NCBI GenBank assembly: GCA_951406725.2
Contig: OX597832.1
Span: forward strand, 3,410,001 to 3,474,000
Direction of reading: 5' to 3'
DNA from: Octopus vulgaris
Taxonomy: Eukaryota
Length of the DNA: 64,000 bases
The notes below the pieces were generated by a model. The model had not been told where the DNA came from and made no database searches. It saw only the letters and a program-made list of their open reading frames with translations. The position numbers were made by a program, and so were the translations under genes. Shown here one piece after another: positions 35,983 to 50,705 of this stretch. Numbering within the stretch: position 1 is the first letter of the stretch; every line of letters begins with the position of its first letter.

Positions 35983-38283
35983 GGGTGTGCTGAAAGTGTA
36001 ACTGCTAGAGTAAGAATAGCCTGGGCAAAGTTTAGAGAGCTCTTACCCCTGCTGGTGACAAAAGGCCTCTCGCTCAGAGTAAAAGGCAGACTGTATGATG
36101 CATGTGTACGTACTGCCATGCTACATGGTAGTGAAACATGGGCCGTGACTGCTGAGGATATGCGTAAGCTCGCAAGAAATGAAGCCAGTATGCTCCGATG
36201 GATGTGTAATGTTAGTGTTCATAATCGTCAGAGTGTAAGTTCCTTGAGAGAAAAGCTGAACCTAAGAAGCGTCAGTTGTGGCGTGCAAGAGAGACGGCTG
36301 CGCTGGTATGGTCATGTGACAAGAAAGGCTGAAGATAGTTGTGTGCAAAAGTGCTACACCCTAGCAGTGGAGGGAACCTGTGGAAGAGGTAGACCCAGGA
36401 AAACCTGGGACGAGGTGGTGAAGCACGACCTTCGAACTTTAGGTCTCACTAAGGAAATGTCTAGAGACCGAGACCTATGGAAGTATGCTGTGCATGAGAA
36501 GACCCGGCAAGACTAGTCAGGCCATAACCCGTGGCCCCGACCTGGGACGTAGTCAGTCCTGTGCATACCTTCCTTCTTGTGACACTTATGAAGACCTGTT
36601 GAGGCAAGTGAAAATCAAATCAAATCAAATCAAAACAAATCAAAATAGATGAACATCAGTGGAATTGTATTCTTTGTGGTACCAGTGCCGGTGGCACACA
36701 AGAAAACCACCCAAACGTGGCCGTAACCAGTACCGCATCGACTGGCCTCCGTGCTGTGGGCACAACAAACACCATCCGATCGTGGCCGTTCGCCAGCCTC
36801 ATCTGGCACCTGTGCCGGTGGCACATAAAGACACCATCCGAAGACCCGGCGACGTAGTCAGTCCACCTGTGCATACCTTCCCTCTTATGACACTTGTGAA
36901 GACCTGTTGAGGCAAGTGTGTGACACTTGTGAAGACCTATTGAGGCAGAGGCAAGTGTGTGACACTGGTGGAGACCTGTTGAGGCAAGTGTGTGACCCTT
37001 GTGAAGACCTGTTGAGGCAAGTGAAAATCAAACCAAATCAAAATAGATGAATATCAATGGAATTTGTATCTTTGTGGTTCCAGTACAGGTGGCACACAAG
37101 AAAACCATCCGAACGTGGCCGTAGCTGGTACCGCATCGACTGGCCTCCGTGCTGTGGGCACAACAAACACCATCTGATCGTGGCCGTTCGCCAGCCTCAC
37201 CTGGCACCTGTGTCGGTGGCACATAAAAACACCATCCAAAGACCCGGCGACGTAGTCAGTCCACCTGTGCATACCTTCCCTCTTATGACACTTGTGAAGA
37301 CCTGTTGAGGCAGAGGCAAGTGTGTGACACTTTGTGAAGACCTGTTGAGGCAGAGGCAAGTGTGTGACACTTGTGGAGACCTGTTGAGGCAAGTGTGTGA
37401 CACGCGTGACACTTGTGAAGACCTGTTGAGGCAAGTGAAAATCAAAATCAAAATCAAACCAAATCAAAATAGATGAACATCAATGGAATTTGTATCTTTG
37501 TGGTTCCAGTACCGGTGGCACACAAGAAAACCATCCGATCGTGGCCGTTCGCCAGCCACATCTGGCACCTGTGTCGGTGGCACATAAAGACACCATCCGA
37601 AGACCCGGCGACGTAGACAGTCCACCTGTGCATACCTTCCTTCTTGTGACACTTGTGAAGACCTGTTGAGGCAAGTGAAAATCAAATCAAATCAAATCAA
37701 AACAAATCAAAATAGATGAACATAAATGGAATTTGTATCTTTGTGGTACCAGTGCCGGTGGCACACAAGAAAATCATCCGAACGTGGCCGTAGCCAGTAC
37801 CGCATAGACTGGCCTCCGTGCTTTGGGGACGTAACAAACACCATCCGATCGTGGCCGTCCGCCAGCCTCATCTGGCACCTGTGTCGGTGGCACATAAAAA
37901 CACCATCCGAGCGTGGCCGTCTGCCAGCCTCGTCTGGCACCTGCCAGCCTCATCTGGCACCTGTGTCGGTGGCACATAAAAACACCATCCGAGCGTGGCC
38001 GTCTGCCAGCCTCGTCTGGCACCTGTGTCGGTGGCACATAAAAACACCATCCGAGCGTGGCCGTTCGCCAGCCTCGTCTGGCACCTGTGTCGGTGGCACA
38101 TAAAATCACCCACTACACTCTCGGAGTGGTTGGCGTTAGGAAGGGCATCCAGCTGTAGAAACACTGCCAGATCTGACTGGCCTGGTGCAGCCTTCGGGCT
38201 CCCCAGACCCCAGTTGAACCGTCCAACCCATGCTAGCATGGAAAACGGACGCTAAATGATGATGATGATGATGATGATGATGA
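35983..38283 (+). mobile_element. Young RTE-like LINE 3' fragment: open C-terminal frame (35983-36516), amplified 3' UTR, intact tail and (GAT)n
   Basis: [24 protein letters not shown]...LHGSETW...RRLRWYGHV...[17 protein letters not shown] with no stops; CpGs retained; tail 38110-38255. Confidence 0.95.
36501..38105 (+). repeat. Higher-order tandem array of the RTE 3' UTR (four ~340-500-bp macro-units with nested ~31-bp and ~57-65-bp repeats)
   Basis: gacccggc at 36501, 36843, 37241, 37602; nested tgacacttgtgaagacctgttgaggcaagtg and ggcacctgtgtcggtggcacataaaaacaccatccgagcgtggccgt units. Confidence 0.93.
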
Positions 38284-38611
38284 TATATGTATATATATAT
38301 ATTTATATATATATATGTATATATATATGTATATATATATATGTATATATATATGTATATATATATGTATATATATGTATATATATATGTATATGTATAT
38401 ATATATATGCATATTTATATATATATGTATATTTATATATATATATGTATATATATATGCATATGTATATATATATATGCATATGTATATATATATATGT
38501 ATATATATGTATATATATGTATATATATATATGTATATTTATATATATATATGTATATATATATATGTATATGTATATATATATATGTATATATGTATAT
38601 ATATGTATATA

Positions 38612-38668
<57 letters not shown>

Positions 38669-39339
38669 GTATATATATATATGTATATATATATGTATAT
38701 ATGTATATATATGTATATGTATGTATATATATATGTATATATATGTATATATATGTATATATATATGTATATATATATGTACATATATGTATATATATAT
38801 ATATGTATATATATGTATATATATATATATGTATATATATGTATATATATATATATGTATATATATGTATATATGTATATGTATATATATGTATATGTAT
38901 ATATATGTATATATATGTATATGTTTGCATGCATGTATATATATGTATATATATATGTATGCATATATATATATCAATGTATATATATGTATATGTATGC
39001 ATGTATATATATATATATGTATATGTATATATGTATATGTATATGTATATATATATATGTATATATATATGTATATGTATATGTATATATATATGTATAT
39101 ATATATATATGTATATGTATATGTATATATAAATGTATATGTATACATATGTATATGTATATAAATGTATATGTATATGTATATATATATATATGTATAT
39201 GTATATATATGTATATATATGTATATGTATATGTATTTATATGTATATATATATGTATATATATATATATATGTATGTATATGTATGTATATGTATATAT
39301 ATGTATATATATGTATATGTATATATGTATATGTATATG

Positions 39340-39406
<67 letters not shown>

Positions 39407-39539
39407 ATGTATATGTGTATATATATACATATATATATGTATATGTATGCATGTATATATATATGTATATATATGTGTATGCATGTATATATATATATGT
39501 ATGTATATGTATCTATATACATATACATATGTATATATT
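38284..39539. repeat. Cryptic (TA)/(TATG) microsatellite
   Basis: Directly visible. Confidence 0.97.
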
Positions 39540-40007
39540 TAATAAATCTCTGGGCGAGGTATAAACAGTAGCAGCATAACAACGTGAAGTATATTTCCCA
39601 TCTCGCTCAGAGATTTATTATTGCTTGTTTCCACATTTTCAAGATCAGTGACTTTTGTTATTGGAAAAAGTATATATATTTGCACTGGGAACCACTTCCC
39701 ATCGCCAATTGGTGATTGTCACTCTTCTGTGTTCAGCTGCTGTTGCTTCATGAGTTGATTTAGTTACTGTATTTTTGTTGTTGTTGATTTATCTGTTGAT
39801 AAATCATACCACACAACACCACATCACATCACACCACCACACACTAGCACTAGCCACTTTTAGCCCCACCTCATCATCCACACATCTACACATACACACG
39901 TGCATATGTTAAGGTCACCAGCCCTCTTCCACATGCACATGCATGCTCTCTTATACCGAGGCATGCACACCTTCATTTTGGGATCACCACTACTTTATTA
40001 TCTCCCC

Positions 40008-41096
40008 TTATATATATATATATGTATGTATACATATGTATATGTGTGTGTATATATATGTATGTATACATATGTATATGTGTGTGTATATATATGTATG
40101 TATGCATATGTATATGTGTGTATATATATGTATGCATATGTATATGTGTGTATATATATGTATGCATATGTATATGTGTGTATATATATGTATGTATGCA
40201 TATATATATGTGTGTATATATATGTATGTTTGCATATGTATGTGTGTGTATATATATGTATGTATGCATATGTATATGTGTGTATATATATGTATATATA
40301 TGTGTATATATATGTATATATGTATATGTTTGTATATGTGTGTATATGTATATATATATATATGCATATATATATATATGCATATATATATGTATATATA
40401 TATATATGCATATATATATGTATATATATATATGCATATATATATGTATATATATATATGTATATATATATATATGAATATGTATGTATATATATATAGG
40501 AATATGCATGTATATATATATATATATATATGAATATGTATATGTATGTATATATATATAGGAATATGCATGTATATATATATATATATGAATATGTATA
40601 TATATATATATATATATATTGTATATATGTATATATATATATATATATATACATATATATGTATATATATATATATATGTATATATGTATATATATATAT
40701 GTATATATATATATATGTATGTATATATATATATATTTGTATGTATGTATATATATATATATTTATATGTATGTATATATATATATATATTTATATGTAT
40801 GTATATATATATATATATTATATGTATGTATATATATATATATGTATGTATGTATATATATATATTTATATGTATGTATATATATATATATATATTTATA
40901 TGTATGTATATATATATATATATATTTATATGTATGTATATATATTTATATGTATGTATATATATATATATTTATATGTATGTATATATATATATTTATA
41001 TGTACGTATATATATATATATTTATATGTATGTATATATATTTATATGTATGTATATGTATATATATATACATATATATGTATGTATATATATATG

Positions 41097-41165
<69 letters not shown>

Positions 41166-41166
41166 T
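40008..41166. repeat. Compound cryptic microsatellite ending in (TA)n(GA)n
   Basis: Directly visible; includes a local ~60-bp duplication around ataggaatatgcatg (40498, 40560). Confidence 0.95.
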
Positions 41167-43009
41167 GATGGAAAGGTGCTGGTAGGGGTTCATGGAAATC
41201 CTTTCAGTATAGAAACCAAAAATTAACTGGAATGCAGACTCAAACAGAATCTCTTTCTTTCCTTCTTTCTTTCTATCTTTCTTTCTTACCTTCCTCCCTT
41301 ACTTCCTAAATCTATTAGATATCTCAGCCATGGCGTTCTTCTTCCCCCCTGCGTGCATTTAGCTGCTAGTAATATATGTGAATTATCAGATTTATGTGGG
41401 CAGTTTCGTAAAGAATAAGCATTTTTGTAAGTCATATGGGGTCTATTAAATTATTTCTTTTACCAATTATCAAGTCACTCAATAATATTACAGTTGTTTC
41501 ATATATGTTTCTTGTGTGTGTGCATGTTTATCTATATGTTACCCTCCTGCTCCTTTCACACTCACGTTCTTTCTTTCCCTCTCTCTTTCTTTTCTCTCTT
41601 TGTATGTATGTATGTATGTATAAATATATATATACATATATGAAAGAGAGAGAGATAAATATTATTTATGGTATGACCTAATAAAATAGAAATGTTTTCT
41701 AAATAAACAAATTTGGCAATTTCTCTTAATAGCAACCAGATATCATTGTTCCATGAATTAGTATGGTTTTTTCTTTGTTTTTGTCAAAGTTTTGTTTTAT
41801 TTTTCATTTTATTTGTCAAAAGTAGAAAATGTTAGCTTACTTTGATAAAGTAAAACTCTCAACAGAACACTTCAACAAATTAAGCCATAAGTTTAGAAAT
41901 AAAAACTGTTAGCAAAAATTAGTATTATTATTGTCTGTTGTTTTAACTGCAATCTTCCTATTATTTATACTGACACACCAGACTCATAAAATAACTTTAA
42001 AATGTGGCAATTGTCTTAGCAGGAAATTTTTTAAAATTAAATTTCACTGCTCAAATTAACATGATTAACTTTCTCAGGTTATCATCAATTGAAGCCCAGC
42101 ATGTTTTCCTCATAAATGCCACTCCCCTTATTGTAAGAGCAAACATGAATAAATTCTCTGTGTTTAACCATAAATATTGCACATTTTTCATCATAAGTCT
42201 AAACCCCCCCCCCAAAAAAAAGTAATCTTTTGAGATTGGGAGAATGGGGAGTGAGCAAAGGAGTCATACTAAGACTAGTGTGGTGGAAAGTGAAGTTGTT
42301 AGTAAGCTTAAGAATCACTCTGAATTTTTGTCTGCATAAATAAAATAGTAGAAAAGTGATTTTTCTGCAACAAACAGGAGAACATGACACATGTGGACAT
42401 AATGAAAGGATGAGGCCAGTTATTTGTCTGACATTTTATGGAAGAATTAGCACTGATTTCTTTTGGCAAGGCACAGAACAAGTTTGATAGAGGAGGAATA
42501 TAATTGATTAAACTGGCCCAAGTTTGTTATTTATTCTAGAAAACAAAAAAGAAAAGAGGTAAGCTTGGAAGTGAATGAGGCAAATAAAATACTCATAATA
42601 TAATGAATTATTAACATTAAAGTGGAAAGGAAAATGAGAATGATTTTTTTCCAGAGTGAGTTAAAGCCATTGGAGTGTAGGCATATCAGTGAGTAAAGCA
42701 AATGGAATTGGTGGAAAATAAAGTTTAAGAAACTGTATTCTAATTGCAGGTTCACTAAATATGTGGTTGTATTCCAGGAACATTGATAAGGCAGTACATT
42801 CAAACCATCTGGAAAGACTACAGTGAAATATTACACTGTAGATAAGATAGATAAATCAAATTGCATCTTTATTTACTTAACTCTGTGTAAGTTTAAGTAA
42901 TGAATCACTATAGCTACAAGGTGTTTTCATAAGTGTGAATGTATTTGTATATACATATATATTTGTGTGTGTGTGTATGTATGTGTATATGTATATATGC
43001 ATGTGTGTG

Positions 43010-43065
<56 letters not shown>

Positions 43066-43536
43066 TGCATGTATGTTTACATATGTGAGTGTTTGGTTTA
43101 ATATAATTCATTGCAATTTGCATCAAATTATTTTTCAGATATAAATAGCATGTAAAAATGTATAAAGGAAAATGTTTTTAATTTTCTAACCAAAGCTTCA
43201 TTCATTAAGCTATTAAACATCCTAGTCGTATTAAAATTGGCTTTAAATATGTTTTCATTCTATTCTAAATGTTCATATTAAGACAACGATTAATTTAAAC
43301 ATTATTTTCAGTAAATGGTATTAATCATATATTCATTTATAATTGAATTGGACTGCATATTTATGTATAGGAAATTTTTCAAGGAGAGAATATTGCTTGA
43401 TAATGTATTAGGTTTTTGACATGTTTGGAACATTTAGTAATACACATACATAATATCTGTCCGTCCATACATACATGCATCCACCCATGCGTACATATTA
43501 TGTATATGCAGTTAAGTTATCTTTTAAAGAGAAACA

Positions 43537-43690
43537 GCATGCCTGTGTGGTAAGAAGCTTGCATCCCAGCCACATGGTTCCAGGTTCAGTCCCACTGCGT
43601 GACACCTTGGGCAATTGTCTTCTACTATAGACTTAGGCTGACCAAAGCCTTGTGAGTGGATTTGGTAGACAGAAACTGAAAGAAGCCCGT

Positions 43691-43743
<53 letters not shown>

Positions 43744-44315
43744 TTATAATAAGTGTAGGTGGCATATGGGTGGGTATATATTTATAAAAAAGAAGTTTGA
43801 AAATGCCACTATATAAGATAAATTTTAATTTTCTTAGAGATTTTACATGTTTCAGTTCTTCTTGAAAAAACAAACCTTATCAAAAATATTTTTAAAAGTT
43901 AAGTGTAATAAAAAAGTTCATAATTGTCCACGTGGTGGTGTTTTGTGGGAGGGAGCATAATGGCTGTCTTGTGCATTGACTAGATTCATTGGCTGTAATT
44001 GTGAAAATGACTAGCGGCCGAAATAGCAGTAGTAGCTTTTTTATAAATATATTATAATAAGAGATATATGTATATATATTTACGTGTGTGTATCTTTGTG
44101 TCTGTGTTTCTTACTCTATCATCACTTGACAACTGATGTTGGTGTGTTTATGATCCATGACTTAGTGGTTTGGCAAAAATGACCAATAAAATAAGTACTA
44201 AGCTTACAAAGAATAAGTCCTGGGGCCAATTGCTTCAAATAATAATCCTTTAAGGTGGTGCTTCAGCATGACTGCCGTCAAAATGACTGAAGCAAATAAA
44301 AGAATAAAAGAATAA
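43537..44315 (+). mobile_element. tRNA-derived SINE in two parts (head 43537-43691, body/tail ~44085-44315)
   Basis: gtgtggtaagaagcttgc...ggttcagtcccactgcgtgacaccttgggcaa head; aataagtactaagcttacaaagaataagtcctgggg...cagcatgactgcc...tgactgaa tail. Confidence 0.8.
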
Positions 44316-45210
44316 ATCTCTCAGTTTTACTCTGCTAAGAATACCATAAAAGACAGATTGAAGGTGAGCAATACAAACTGTTTAAACCAACAATTAGAAA
44401 CATGTAAGCTATTTGCAATATAGCACATTAAACTACCCACAAGTTATGCAATAATAAATTCATTACATATTGCTAAATTATTTCACCATCATATATTGCT
44501 ACAGTATTTCACTTCTTAATTTGGTTCACAATGCTGATAAAGTTATAATTTTTAAATCTCTGCTAAATGAGAAGTGCTGAATAAGAAATATTTTTGGTGC
44601 ACAGTTTTCTTTTTCACCTAGTTTCTTTGGAAATAGGACAATAAAGAAGTGATGATTATAATCAAGCAATCAGTTAATATCTCATTGGCAAATATTTGAC
44701 AGGTTAAGCAATTCCGTAGCTTTACTTTAATATCAACCATAACTAAGTTTTCTCTGATGTTTTGGGCTCTCCTTTTGGTGCTTGTTTTATGATTGCCCCC
44801 TCCATGACAAGAGAATGTAATTGGTGTTCGCTCAGTTGATCACTGTTTAGGAGTTGGCTTCAATATCTACAATTACTTTGATGTTCCTTAAGTATGTTTC
44901 ATATATGTCAGCAGTGAACTACTTTTAAAAGGTGACAGGTGTACAAGATAATGTCGCCACAGTACAAAGTGAAGCATAAATATTAAGGTGTCAAGCATAA
45001 GACAAACTGCTAAATTTGTATCTCGCCATCAAATAACTTGGCGTAAATAACTTAAGTTACTTAGAAGGCATTTCTCTGATTGTTGTTAAATTTTTATTAT
45101 GTTGCTTACATCTGTATCTATGTGCTAAATATTTATAATGATTTTCAGGCATGAAATGATTCCTAGAGAAGAATTTATTTGATTTCCAGACATAGCCAAC
45201 CAATAATAAA

Positions 45211-45502
<292 letters not shown>

Positions 45503-45954
45503 CGCTGTGTTTTAGTCAAAGCTATGGCCTTAACTGAGTCTGTCCAGAGTCCTCTCTTTGGTATTTCTCACTGATTATGGCTAGAGTTAGAAACGTGTCT
45601 GGGAATCTGACAGTGAGCCACACTGGACAGATAGGGTGTTTTTACATCTTTTTACCATAAGGGACAATTTTTTTTTCCATTGTAACTGCAGGGAATTTGC
45701 CTTTAGAAGTTGAAATATGTCACAAACATATCGATACTAACCTAAAGTTAGCATATATATATATTTATCAGAATTTGCAAAATACACTACATCTTCACTT
45801 TATTGGTGAACCACTTGTTCTCTACCAAGGTTTCAGAAACACTCTTCAAGAAACTGGAATATGTGATCATTGTAAGATTTAGGATGAAACCTCATCACAA
45901 GAGAATGAATAACATTAAATTACTCTTGGGTTGAAAAGAATAAATTTTAAACAA

Positions 45955-46120
45955 TTTTTTATCCTTTAACTGTTTCAGCCATTGGACTGCGGCCATGCTG
46001 GGGCACAGCATCGAAGGGTTTAGTCAAGCAAATCAACCTCTCACTTTTTAAGTTTAGTACTTATTCTATTGATCTTTTTGCTAAAGTGTTAGGTTATAGG
46101 GATATAAATAAACCAACACC
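45955..46120 (-). mobile_element. SINE 3' half
   Basis: tgtttcagccattggactgcggccatgctggggcac...tagtacttattctatt is the reverse complement of the SINE tail. Confidence 0.75.
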
Positions 46121-46929
46121 ATATATTATGTGGTGTAAGAGCACAAACAATGTAGGAAATGGTTTAATATTTATTTCCCTTATAATTTACACTTAAATAT
46201 TTATTAGTATGGAAATGAGGGGCAGTACCTAACATCTTTTGAAGGTCTTCAGATTATAATATAAAGTCGAGTTTTATATCAGTTTATTGGTTGCAAAGAG
46301 ATTATAAACAGGAAAGACATTCCAAAGAGATGCTGTTATCATTAAAAGGATTAAAAATGATTTAGTCAGGGGTTTAAGGATATGAATCATATTTTTCAGC
46401 ATATAAGGTGCACTTTCTTCATATTGGTAGTGATCAGTGTTATTAACGATGGACAATAATGGTGATGCTGGTGATATTTGTTAGTGATAAGGTTAAGTAT
46501 TGTAACTTAGCTTACCAATAATTTATCAAAGAGTGTCAGTCTAAATTTTTATGAATCCTACATATGAAAATGTGTGAGACATTCAGCTTGAGAATTCAAG
46601 GGTAGCAGCAGGTTTTTTCTCACAAATTAGGCCTGCCAAAATTGGGGTGCACCTTATAAACCCAAAAATACATGTATGTGCTTTGTGTGAGTGTAGGTAA
46701 GTGTAGCATTGTGCCATCAGATTAATTTTTATTGCTTATATTAGTATAAAAGAGTCAAAATGGTAGATTTTCCATCAGTGTCCATGGTGACCAATCAGTT
46801 GTTTGACCAACTGAATTCCTACTTGTGAAATGAATGTGTCAGTGGCTGAGTATTCCATGGACACATATACTCTTAGCATAATTCTCAGGTTGAATGATTA
46901 TGGCACAAGGCTAGACTTTTGAATTACAG

Positions 46930-47275
46930 TTACAAATTATAGAAAAAGAGAGAGAACTGATTCCAGTACTGGCCTGATACTGTATTGTACAAGGCCATCA
47001 ATTTTACTAGGAGGGTGTTTAGTCAATTACACCAATACTAGTGCTCAACTGCAATTTATTTTATTGACTCCGAAAAGCTGAAAGGCAAAATTGATCTTTG
47101 CAGAATTTGAGTTCAGAATGTAGAGACACTGTAGAAATGCCACTATGCATTTTATCCAATGCACTTGTTATTCTTCCTGTCCAATGCCTTTGCAATAATG
47201 ATAAAATAACAACAGAACTGTGAGTAATATTGATTTCAAGCTTCAACATAAGGTTATACAATTTGAGGGAGGGGT
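46930..47275 (-). mobile_element. Decayed SINE copies (family of 57618-57833)
   Basis: attttattgactccgaaaagctgaaaggcaaaattgatc...gaatttgagttcagaatg. Confidence 0.65.
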
Positions 47276-50200
47276 GTACTTTGAATATAAGGGAACATGA
47301 TTAAATACCACAATGCTTTTGTAATTTCTGCTACTGTCATCTTGTCTAACATTATTTTCAGCTTATGAAAGTTTCTGATAAACTATAAATACTGAGTTTT
47401 GCAGACAAGATTTTTAATGTACTAAAATTTAATAGGAATTTCTGTATTTGAATTTTTTGTTTGTTTCGTTATTCTTGTGTCAATTTTTTCTCTCTTTAAT
47501 TTGTATAGCTTTCCCTAATATTGGTTCTACAGTCCTTCTTCTTCTACTACTACTACTCTGATTCAGTCACAGTTGGATTTTTATAATAGGGTGTGTCTCA
47601 CAGTTTTAGGTACCTTTGTTAGCAATTAGATTATTTTCATCACCCTAAACATTTTTTTGGTTCAACAATAGTCTAGTGATCAAAGAAAAGCTGTACATAT
47701 AATAAATGATAATAATAATAATGGTTTCTTTTTTTTTGGCCTCAAGGGCCCATACACACAATGCAAAATATTATACAAAAGGGTTTGAAGACCTATGGAA
47801 GAATACACACACACAGGGCAAACAGGAGGTGGAGCAAAAACATTTTATATTCATTTAGGTAGACCTATATATATATATGGGCAGATTTAAAATTTAATAT
47901 ACAAAGCAAATAAGGATAGAACAAAAAAGAAGCTGTTGTGCAAGTTTTCCAAGTTTCTTTATGAAGGTAACAATCTTCCAGCTATCCTCATGTGACAACA
48001 TATCTTGCATCATTATCTTCATAGATTTCTTTCCTATGAGGAAACACAAAAGTGTATTTATTCATACTCTACTACATACCAACATGTCTTTTCACTAATC
48101 ACTTCCTTGATCATTCAGTTGTAACAGTTGCTCCTTTGACTCCTGTCTAAGACCATCTGCAAATGTGTTGCTTCATTGTCCCTATCTGCCAGTAACTGAT
48201 CTGGATCAAAGTATTTCTAGTTCTGAAAATGATTCCTGAAATCTGTTTGTTCACTCCTTCTTTTTCATCTGTACTTTTCTGTGTCTCAACAAGATAGACA
48301 TACAATCTTCTTTGCAGAGGTCATCCCACTCACAACTTTTAGGATTCTCTAGATTGAGATTCACAACTATTCCTGGTAAATTTTAATTCAACAAGACTCA
48401 AACCATTCTACAGTTAATAATGTATTAGTGTTCCAGTCACTCCACTATTATAAAGTTGAAGTTTTCCAAAAGACCTGAAAGAATAAAAAAAATATAACTT
48501 GATAAAGAATCCATGGAGATAATCTTAAATGAAGTTTGTCAATGTTCTTAATAAATCTATCCCTGACTACACTAATATACCACTAATACTTTGTCATGTG
48601 CTCATCAAACACTGATCTACTTCAGTTTCTCATATAAATTTTTAATATAATCTACTGTACTAATTGATTGATTTAAGTTTAAACAGATGTTTTAAAGTTA
48701 AATGTATGATAATGCAACATGAATTTGGCACCAAACTTATGGTATTTTTATAGCTAACTTTCCTAGCTTTTGTTGCATAACACCAATAGTGCTCTATATA
48801 AAATTAAAATCATAGACCTAAAATAAATTGTTTAAAATTTTGATCAGACTCTTATGTTTACTAGCAGTAGGAAGTATTATTATTGAGTCACTTCCTCTCT
48901 TAGAGAAAAATGAATAACCTTTCTTGTGCATTATCATTGAAAATAGCCTAAATTAATGTGATATGACATAACAAGGACCTACATTTTAATAAAGCTACAT
49001 TTTTAATAGATATTTTTTTAGAACTTTGTGACAAATCCTTCAAACAAATTATTGTGTGAGTTGCATGGAAATGCTTCTAATTAAATATGAATGTTAAAAG
49101 TTTTCAAAATGAATTGCAGATGCTATGAATAGAAATGAATTAATATACACTTTAGTTTATTTCTAAGTAATGTCATTATTTCCTCTAGGAATAATTTCTG
49201 TATTTTGTTTTAAAAATCTATGAGACTATATACTATAGTCATACTAAGGTTATGGCCATACTAGGGCACCACAATCTATGCTATTGCAGCTATTGCCTTG
49301 TGTTTGGTATCTAATGAATAAATTTGCTTCTCTGTTAAGCTAGGTCCATCTTACACAGTATGTGTTGATATCTACTTTACTATTCCATGAAGATCCTTTA
49401 TGTTTAATGGAAGACTATTGAATTGTTGAGTTCTTTTTTAAGTTCTTTGCTATTGCAGTAACTCAATCCAATAGAAAGCAAAATATTTGACAGCCTCATT
49501 AGTGTTGAAATTGAGAATTTCCATGCTAAATTTTGGAGCTAGTCTTTCTAGAACCTTCCAGATTTAAAAATTTCTACACAATTTTCCATTCTTCACTCCA
49601 GAAAGTAGAGTAGTAAAGTTTTCATAATTTTTGTATATCAGTTGTTTTATGAAAGCTATCTTCTTTGTGACGAATCATTATGTTGATTTCATCTTGACTG
49701 TATGAGGTGAGCTTGACTCTATGAGGTAACTAATACTAGTACACAGTTGTCCATATCACTAATGTAGAAGACACTGCAGGACTGACATGACTCCTAGTTC
49801 TAAATAATCTCAAGATCTGGCTTGCCATTTGTTTGTAGGTTGTTGCCATTTTAGAAATATGCTCATGAAATAATAATTGGTTGGATTATCAGATCTCACA
49901 CACTCCAACTGGTATTTAGTACTTTTTTGTGCTGTATCCAGCTGGATAATCTTTTGTATCAATCCCCTTCTTCAATCTAATAGTAGGCCTTAAGTGGAAA
50001 ATATAATCTCTTGAGAGTCAGTGTGGGTGCCATGATAAAAATGCTGTGACTTTTTTGTGGTGTGTGGTTTATAGGCATAACATAATGCCTTGATTAATCC
50101 CACTGTATGGTTTCTGAGACCTTTAATCTAATTACAAGCAAATTTAAGTCAAAACCTGGTTTGAGGATGGCGCAGTTTCTCAATATAGGATATACTGATG

Positions 50201-50484
50201 CCTCTGACTATACAATATCAACATTAAGGAAAGTATTTTCACTACCACCATCTCCATCACTAGTAACATCACAATATGTGTAATGCTTTTTAACTATTGT
50301 CATGTTGTAGCACTATAGATAATGTGAAACACTTGTTATCCCTTTTAGAGAAAGAGAAAAAAAAGTGGAAAGTGTGTGAGTGTATAATAGAATATATGTG
50401 TGTGTTGTGTTAGTAGTAATACAAAGTGAACAGTGTAGACCAAACAATGATTCATTTCTCCTATCATTAGGACCCCACAGTTAG

Positions 50485-50705
50485 ACTTGGATTTGGGCTG
50501 TGTTGTACCATACTAATTCATTGCATGTTAGTATAGATTGGCCATCAATTAAATTAATTTCAGTACTTAACTGACCCTTTATTTTATTAACCTCAGCAGG
50601 ATGAAATGCAAAGTTGATTTCCACAGGATTTGAGCTTGAAATGTCAAGATCTGGAATAAATACCATAAGGCATTTTATCCAGTACTCTAACAATTCTGTC
50701 AATTA
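50485..50705 (-). mobile_element. Decayed SINE (family of 57618-57833)
   Basis: tttattttattaacctcagcaggatgaaatgcaaagttga...ggatttgagc...gcattttatccagtactctaacaattctgtc. Confidence 0.7.

Noticed and set aside
34843-36516. 557-aa ORF as a single protein
   Set aside because: Chance read-through from antisense RTE sequence across a microsatellite into a real RTE C-terminal frame; only 35983-36516 is meaningful.
36501-38105. CRISPR array
   Set aside because: Eukaryotic LINE 3' UTR, no cas genes, and the variable parts are only 6-11 nt and recur between copies.
49250-50260. Possible old LINE remnants on the minus strand (also ~20030-20700 and ~47900-48480)
   Set aside because: Only scattered motif-like fragments; too decayed to call by eye.
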